Assembly (NCBI GenBank): GCA_013265495.1
Contig: MU058221.1
Location: 4,528,001 to 4,592,000 of the forward strand
Source: Vicugna vicugna
Lineage: Eukaryota
DNA length: 64,000 bases
Direction: 5' to 3'
Shown: positions 52,801-61,800 of the stretch, piece by piece
Numbering within the stretch: position 1 is the first letter of the stretch
Layout of the letters: each line of letters begins with the position of its first letter
Program-made: the position numbers and the translations under genes
Notes under the pieces: generated by a model
What the model was told of the DNA's origin: nothing
The model's database searches: none
What the model saw: only the letters and a program-made list of their open reading frames with translations

Positions 52801-55800
52801 TGTCCCCTCTCCATTGGATTGCCTTTGTCCCTTTGTCAAAGATCAGTTGACCATATTTGTATGAGTCTATTTCTGGGATCTCTCTCTTGTTCCATTAATC
52901 TGTTTGTCAGTTCTTTTGCCAGTACCGCCCTGTCTAGATCACTGTGGCTTTACAGTGAGTCTTGACGTGGGGCGGTGTCAGCCCTCCAAACTGGTTCCCT
53001 AATGTTGCGTTCGCTATTCTGGGTCTTCTTCCCTCTCCGTGTAAACATTAGACTCAGCTTGTTGATACCCACAAAGTAACTTACTGGTGTTTTCACCCAT
53101 CGCATCAAACCTATAGATAAGTTAGGAATGACTAACATCCTCACAATGTTGGGTCTTCCTGTCCGTGCGCGTGAGCCATCTGTCCACTTACTTAGATCTT
53201 CTTTGGTTTCTTTCATCAGAATCTTGTAGTTTTTCTCATATAAATCTTGTACGTATTTTGTTAGAAATACACCTACGTATTTTATTTTTTGGTACTTATG
53301 TAAATGATGGTGTATTTTTTATTTCAAACTCTAATTACTCATTTTTGGCATATAAGAAAGTAATTGGCTTTTGTATATGAACCTTGTCTTGTACAACTTT
53401 GCTGTAACAACTTATTTGTTCCAGGAGTTTTCTGTCAGTTCTTTGGGATTTTCTATGTAGATAATCATGTCATCTGTAAACAAAGACAGTTTTCTTCTTT
53501 CTTCCCAATCTGTGTACTTTTTACTTCCTTTTATTGCCCTATTGCATTAACTAAGACTTTTAGTACAATGTTAATAGAAGTGAGAGGGGCAACATTCTTT
53601 GTTAAATCTTTAGGAGTTAGTCCTTTACCTTACATAGATATTTTAAATGTCTCATTTTATACTTCTTTTTTATTGCTCTTAATTGTGAGACACATCAGCA
53701 GTACAGAAGACTGCATGAAATATATACTGACAGTTTAACAAAGGAGTATAAAATAAACACCTGTGGGCCCATTACCAGATCAAGATGTAGGGCATCGTCA
53801 GCTACCCAGAGTCTCCCCCTTGTGGCCCTTCCAAGTCACAGAGGGTTTTTTTTTTTTTTAATTTAACTTGCCTCATATCTTATGATGCTTATTCCCTTCA
53901 ATCTAAGTCACAGGCTATATTGCAACTTACAAGTGTGAACAAACCCTTTTTAAACTTCATTATATATTTTATCTGCTCTTGCTAAAATATCATTTGTTTG
54001 TTTACCTTTCAGCTGAACGAAGAAACCCAAGGGTATATATTGAATCTTTTCCAGCGTTACGTTGATGATGGTTTAAATTTTATCAATAAAAAGTGCAGCC
54101 AAGCAATCCCGCAAGTGGACATCAGCAAAGTTACCACACTCTGTTGCTTACTGGAGTCTCTGATGCTCGGGAGAGATGGAATCAATTTGACAGTGGTAGG
54201 CAGGGTCTTACTGCTGTAAAACTGGGAAAATGGGATTCCTGTATGGATGCTTTGCAAAGAAATAACCACAGACTTTCCATCGTACGACCGTTTGATTCTC
54301 AAGTTAATTTTTTAGGGGATTAATGACTGTGAGTAGATTTGTAGAATCTCAGATTTGGAAGGAATTCTAGCCCATAGTTTATCTTAAACTCAATTTTTAA
54401 ATTCCCTCACAGTCTATAACATTTTCCTAATGTGTGTCTCCTTAAACACCTTCATGTGGGGATGGACATAGTTATAACAGTTGAAAGATAACCTTGAGCT
54501 TTTGTTCCACATGCTCCTCGCCACTCATTTTCTTATTAGAGTACTTATACTATGATAAAACATCACTGTGGGAACCATTGAATGAAATATAAAAAAACAT
54601 ACAGTGTGCCCTTTTAAAAATGCATGCGCCTACACAAAACAAAAGTCTTTATTCTTTGCAATTTAGAACTCTTTTTATGTTAACATACGAAATATTAAAA
54701 TTCTTTCTCTTTGTTCTTTCAGGAGCAAACAAAACTGAACACTATACTGTGTCAGACTTTTATATTCTGTTACGTATGGTCTCTAGGCGGAAATTTAACT
54801 GAAAACTACTGGGATTCTTTTGACACGTTTATTAGGACACAATTTGATGATAATCCTGATGCCAGGGTAAGAACCAAATACATTTAAACATAATAACTCT
54901 GAATCATTAAAATTAAATTTGAAGACTAAAACTTTAAAAGCCTTAGTTATACTATAAATCTTAATTCTTCGTTTAAAAGGGTTTCTAAAGTTATTTACTT
55001 TTTTAGGCCATGGATAACACTTATTTCCTTTTAAAGTTTTTAGGAGTTCTCTCCTGACCACGTGAAGAAAGTAAGGTATAAAAGTGTATAAAAACTTCCT
55101 ACTATAAACAGAAACATTGAATTCTAGTTAGTAAATTTATTTTTTCACGGTGCCCTGGTTTAGCAATTCTGAGACGACTTTCTGTACGTTCTAAGATTGA
55201 GCGAATGAATCAGTATATTGAAGATAATGGCGACCAGGTACCTCCCTGTTAAGATCAGATTGAGGACAACTGGGAATTTAAGACAAAGAGGCAGACTCAG
55301 AATTCTTCACTGAACCCTTGCTGCAGGCTCTTTAATAAGTGAGGCTTTTCATAACTTGGCCCCACCTGTGTTTCTAGACTTACCTCTTACAGTTCCCAAC
55401 GTGCATGGCACTTTCCATGGCTTCCAGGCCTGTCTGCTTAGCCTACACCTTGACCCTTCCTTCCCCATCCCCGTCTCATCCCTTCTTTGCCCGTCTGGCC
55501 CTGCTTGTCTTTCAAGTCCGAGTTGTAGCATGGCCATCCCCTAGAACCCCTTCTAAATCTCTAGCCACCAGCACAGCTCCCCTGCAAGGAGGTTGAGCCA
55601 TCCCTCCTTTGCGAATGTACTGAGCTCCATCGGAACCCTTATTTCTCCACGAGCAATCATTAATGTGCTTGTGTCGATTACGAGGTCTTTGAAGGCGAGG
55701 CGGGTCCTCTTTCCGCATTTTCCTCCAGCACCGAGCACAGTATTTGGTGTGGAGTGAGCCCCTGAATGATGGACTGAATTGAAAACGCTTTACAAGTCCA

Positions 55801-58800
55801 ATGGGGGTTTTTGTTATAGTCAGCTGTCAGGTTCAACGTATTGTATTGCTTGGTTCTGTTAAAGAAGTGGAGTCTGGTACTCCAACAACCATTTCTCTAC
55901 AAAGAAACAAACCCAGACCCACCCTTGTTCTACGGCTGTCTTTGTTCCTGTGAGTGTTTCTGCTGCCGTGTGTCAATCCTGTCGAAAGTGGTGTTTAATT
56001 TTGCACCCTAGCTTCCCAGTTCCGGCGACCTGTGGAGCATTCACATGGACTTTGACACCAAACGGCTGGACCCCTGGGAACGAATCATACCCACCTTCAA
56101 GTACAGCCGAGAGGTCCCCTTTTTTGAGATGCTTGTCCCCACGGCTGACACGGTGCGCTTTGGGTACCTGATGGAAAAACTCCTGGCAGTCAGGCATTCG
56201 GTGCTGCTCACTGGAATAACTGGAGTTGGCAAGGTAGGAATGCTACATCAGACGAGAAGGTCTGTCCACAGTGAGGGCATGAGGGACAGAGCTTTGTAAA
56301 TACTCGTATGATTTATCAGTACCTTATTTTCCAGGGGAATTTTGAATTTTGATCGCTTTTTTCCAGGAAGAGTCTAACTACGCTGAATCCATACCCACCC
56401 TACGGTTTGCCACTCTTTGAATAAATCCATGGCGTCATTAATACATAAGCCAGAGGACCCTGTGGGCCAAGCTTTTGTGTCTGGGGGCATTTATGTGGTG
56501 TCGCTTAGAATTTCTGGGGCTGCCTCTGTGGGTCAGTGTGGGGTTAGGGTGGGAATCGGTCAAGGTGGTTTGTGCGCCCAGTGGATTACTGATGAAGGTC
56601 AGTCTGTTACCTCCTGCCCATTTACTTCTTAACACAGCGATGATGTGTAGAAAAAGTAGAGGGAAAATGCTGATTGGTCTTGTTGGTTTGCGTGAAGGTC
56701 CACATAAACAGAGACTTGCTGTTTCCCCTCTAAATTATTTCTGAGTTTCTGGCTCCTGTTACCACATCGACTTCGATAGTAACCAAGACGGATCTTGGTA
56801 TGAAACTGAAATAAAATTTTTTTGCTGAGATAGATCTGATTAGAGTATTTCTTTAGCTCTGATAAATCTAATTAAAATGAATTTCCAGGAAGAGGAAGGC
56901 AGACATTTCAGTCTGACTTCAACCTCTCTCCTTTTGTCCTGTTTCTTCCTCATTGTACTGGGTTATTACTGATAGAGACAATTGGAAAGATACTGTACTG
57001 AACGTGAAATCAGTTAACATATTTTTTTACAATTTAAAGTCTGTTATTGCAAAAGGACTGTTAAATAGAATTCAAGAATCAGCTGGCTATGTTCCTGTGT
57101 ATCTGAATTTTTCCGCTCAAACTTCATCGGCAAGAACACAAGAGATCATTGAGTCCAAACTGGAGAGGAAAAGAAAAAATATTCTAGGTAAGAATTATTA
57201 TTGTCATTTGTCCCACACAAATTTTTATTATGCTAATAAAGTCACAAAAAACAGTGCATGTAATAAAGTTACAACTGGGTATTTTCTTTGCTCAGTTTAT
57301 TTGTAAAGGTGACTCTGTTCATGTGTTCTTTCCTGTGCTATGTATCAAGGTATCTTCCTGTTAGCAAGTGAGTGGTTTATTCCGATCACCTTCAACTCAA
57401 AAAATCTTCAGTCCCTGCCTCTCTCTGGCTCTCCCTCTCCACTTGGGCTCTGCTTCCAAACCTGCACTGATTTTTCTTTTTTTCTTTCTTTAATTGAAAT
57501 ATAGTCAATTTACAATATTGTATCAGTTTCTGGTGTACAGCATCATGTTTCAGTCATCCACGTACAGACGTACATTCGTTTTCATATTCTTGTTCATCAT
57601 AGTTTACTACAAGATATTGACTACAGTTCCATTTATTTAAAATAAACAAACAAACCTCTTTATATCTGGTGCGTTGAGTCATCTGAGCTCAGTCGGGAGC
57701 AAGCGTGGAAGTTTTGTGGCTGTTCCTCCAGTCCGCGCTCTGAGCCAGGTTTTGTGGCATCGCCCTCGTCCTTCCTTATTAACCACGCAGATAAAGAGCA
57801 TAACTTTAGGTCACTTATAGTTGCCTTGAGTCTGGTCCAAATGGCATCATCCTACACCGCGGAGGGATGATGAGGGTGAGGGAGCCCCTGACAGTGTGGA
57901 CGTCCCGGCCGGGCCCACAGCTCCCTGGCAGGGGCCTGGACGGGACCAGAGGGGTCTCTCCTCCTCAAGACACGACCGTGCTGGGGCCCTCCTCACTCTG
58001 CGAGAGGAGCTGAGCTCCCCACACGGTGTTCACCGTGTTCACTGAGCCTGAAGCCTCACCTGAGCTGTGCCTGATGTTTCCCAAGGGCGAGTCGTGACTC
58101 TTAAATTCACGCTGTCTACCTCCCTAGGAGCACCGGGAAACAAGCGAGTCGTGATTTTTGTTGACGACTTAAACATGCCCAGACTGGATCGCTATGGCTC
58201 TCAGCCTCCCATTGAGCTGCTCCGGCAATTTCAAGATTTTGGTGGATTTTACGACAGAAACAAGCTGTTTTGGAAAGACATACAGGTTACTTTGGGCTTC
58301 AAATTGCTTTGCGTGCTTAAATTTAAACGGCTGTAAAGTTTAGTGTATTCGTTTGCCAGAGTTACCATAACAAAGTGCGACAGAGTGACTCAAACTACAG
58401 ACATTTATTTTCTTACAGTTGTAGAAGCTGGAAGTCCAGGGTCAAGATGTCACAGACTGGTTTACTCTGGGGTCTCTGTCCTTGGTTTGTAGGTGGCTGT
58501 GTTCTCCCTGTGTCTTACGACCTTCCCTCTGTGTCCAGCTGTGTCCGAATCTCCTCTTCTTGAAAGGACACCAGTCATCCTGGATTAGGCCTCACCTATG
58601 GCCTCGTTGTGACTTAATTAGCTCTTGAAATGCCCTGTCTGCAGATACAGTCACACTGAGACGCTGGGGGTCAGGGCTTCAGCATGTGATTGGCCAGGGG
58701 GAGGCGGAGAAGGATACATAATTCAGCCCATGGCATGCGGCGTCAGTGTCTCTTCCGTGTGGCTCAGTTCATTCAGTCCATGTGGGTTCTCGCCCTGCTT

Positions 58801-61800
58801 GATTCATGAGGTGCATGGACGAGGGAGACCTCCCAGCCCCCTGGGGGGCCCAGCTTTGAGGGATGGATGAACATGTGTTTAATGCAGGGTGAGAAGTGGA
58901 GAGAGACTGGAAAGAGGTGGGGGCGGGTGCTGTGCTGATGATGAGAGAATCCTTCCTGGAAGAGGTGACGTCAGAACAGGATTTTGCGGGCAGGGCAGGG
59001 CAAAGCAAGGAAGGGGAGCTGTTTGCATCTCAGAGTCGTGTGGACTGTGAGCGCTGAAGCAGCCAGGGATGCAGATGTCAGCCCAGGGGGCCGTGGTGCC
59101 ATGAGGAGGAATGTGGATTTATCCTCTCAGAGATCGGGAGCCTCTGATGGAAACGTTACAGAGCGATCCCCTGGGCTGCTGGGGAGGTGTGGGCTAGAGA
59201 GGAGGCAAGACCAGAGGCAACTGCAATATCACGTACCCATCAGTTGAAAGTGTTCCGACCAGAGGCTGGCAGGGAACGTAACCCTGTATTTCCCTGAAGA
59301 ACAGTGGTTCCAGGTGCATTAATTCAGGGTTCCTGGCAATTTCATAGACTGTACCTGCCACAAATGACAAGAATTGACTGTACTTAGTATTTGCTGAATG
59401 AGTGTCTTTTCATCTAAGGTACACATTCTTCAAATTTTTGAGATTACACTTTTACATGGGAGTATTTATACAAGGTAGATGAGTTAGCTGTGTGACCTTA
59501 TTGGGAATAAGTTAGCAATTTATTTAACCACCCAGGGCCTCGGGTTTTTTTCATGTGCACGGTAGAAAGGACAACAGTGATCTCCGGAGGTGGTTGTGAC
59601 GATGAAGTCAGATAACGTGTGGGAAACGTAACACAATGCTGTCAGTGGTAGGTCCTCCAGGATCGTTGGTTCTGAGTCCTGCCATTGGGACAGGCAGACG
59701 CCATCTCCTCCTCTGCTGGGTGACCCGAGTGGCTTTCTCTCCGTACAGGACGTGACGATTGTATCCGCGTGCGCGCCCCCGGGCGGCGGCCGGAACCCTG
59801 TGACCCCCCGCTTCATCCGACACTTCAGCGTGCTCTGCCTCCCCGTGCCCTCGGAGCACAGTCTGAAACAGATTTTCCAGGTGAGTGTGCATTTAACCTT
59901 GGGCAGGAGGGGAAAAGGAAACGTATTTGTTCCAAGACTCGCACAATCAGAAGAGTCTGTTGTGTTTCCAGGGAGCCCCCCCAGCCTTCCCTGAGCAGAA
60001 ACCCGGTAAACCCAGGGCCACCTGGGCACCATCCGACAGGCATATGCATCACAGCCTTCTGTGTTTGTGGGCTCGGAGATGGCTTTAGAGTCGTCAAAAC
60101 ACAGCCCCTACCTGTAAGGAAGGCTGTCCCCTGAGCCCTGGACGCCCAGCAGATCTCGTACACTACCAGCCCCCAACTCTGTGCTCATCCCCCTCCGACC
60201 ACCACGTCTGTGTCCACTTGCCCACCAGACGCCACCCCCAATAACCCAGCGAGCCCAAGCTCAGCCCACCTAACCCAGAATTCACCAGCGCTGCAGCCAC
60301 CAGCTCCAGCGTAAACAAGCAGCTGTATTTCTTCCATCTGTACAAATTTCCCCAAGGGGCCACTTCCTCCTCCTTTAAGTGGGGAAATAACTGTGTCTGC
60401 CCTGTAGGGCTCAGCAGACGTGTCCAGCAAGTGTGAGGCGTTATTCTGAATAGAGCGATGGGAGAGCATGAAGCAGCCTGAGCAGAGCGGGGATGCCCTA
60501 ACCAGCCAGCGAAGATGCTCAGAGATTTGCAGATGCAAACTACTATATATAAAATGGATAGACAAGTTTCTACTGTGTAGCACAAGGAACTATATTCAGT
60601 ATCTTGTAGTAACTTATGGTGAAAAAAAATATGAAAGTGAATATATGTATGTTCCTATATGACTGAAGCATTGTGCTGTACACCAGAAACTGACACAACA
60701 TTGCAAACTATACTGCAATAAAAATATATCAAAAAAGTAATTTAAAAAACGAAAACATAACACACACACACGCACAAAGATGCTCAGAGGAGACTGAGCT
60801 GAGTCCTGTGGGGTGGGAACTGACTGGGAGGAACAGACATGTGGGTGAATGAGGTCACAGAGTCAGGAAATGGCAAAGGGGGTGTCCAGGTCGGATAAGA
60901 CGGGTGACTGGTCTGGGGAGGCTGACATTGGCTTAGTCACCCCAGAGCCGAAGAGGGCCAGTGGCGGGGGCGGTACGTGAGCCTCTGCACTCACCAGCGT
61001 CAGCCTCTCCTTCCAGCCGGGCCCTCCCTCCTCGAGGAGAGGAAGGAGCAGAACCCGCACGTGCACAGCCGTCAGCACATGGAAAGTGGTTTCCATATTG
61101 AAAGAGCTTACATCCGTGGAAAATTATTTTTAATAAATTTGAGGTAGTTCCAATGAGTTGTTCAAGTGCTGATGCCAACAGGATGTGTAAGAACTGCCAC
61201 ATTTTGCAACCCTTTCAGAGAGTGCTTGAGAGTGTGAAAGGTTAGGATGTTGGCTCCCATCATTAAGCAGCAAGTAAAGAACATGGCGTGAAGCGGGTAC
61301 AGGGACCAGCACCGGTATTCCAAGACTTTTTCGGTTGAGAACCTTTTATTCTAAAGTTTGAAATGAGTGATTCCAACCATGCCCTCCGGACACACTTTGT
61401 GATGTATGTGATTGGTGCTGAGCGGGGTGTCCCAGGTAGCTTAGGACTGATGATGAAGTACTGAATTTGCATGCTGCTCCGGGCACCGGGAGCAGTGGGG
61501 AGAGAGGGTAGGGAGGAGGCTGCGTGGGGGCAGAGCCTGCACTGACAGGGGAGTGCGGGACTGATTCATGGAAACAGAAGGAAGACAAGAGTGGAAATGG
61601 AGAGGCCAGTGAGTGAAGGAGGGAGTGAAGAAGCCCAGATGGAAAAGAGTCGGGGCTGGGATGGAGTGACATCAGGAAACAGAAGGACGCAGACAGATTC
61701 AAGAAACGTATTCAAGATTGACTGCAGGGGACAGACAGTGGCAGGTGTCAAAAGAGACCGTCAAGTTCGTGATCTGAGTGGAGGGCGGGGCCGTACACCA

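Noticed and set aside
54190..54725. Tandem alternative sites: donor ACA|GTGGTA three nt early, and a CAGGAG acceptor at exon 32
   Set aside because: Both alternatives are weak (GAG acceptors are rarely used), and the chosen boundaries fit the recalled orthologue length.
58087..58154. 11-nt direct repeat gcgagtcgtga shared by intron 34 and exon 35
   Set aside because: Too short to distinguish from chance; no wider duplication around it.
58150..58180. AAA3 Walker B reading VIFVDDLN rather than DE, and AAA2 lacking the catalytic Glu, as signs of pseudogenisation
   Set aside because: These variants are normal for axonemal dynein heavy chains; AAA1 motifs are intact and the spliced frame has no stops.
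59520..60032. 170-aa minus-strand ORF and other antisense ORFs over exons (e.g. 25036..25344, 36804..37184, 49285..49548)
   Set aside because: Antisense shadows of coding exons and GC-rich sequence with no independent homology.
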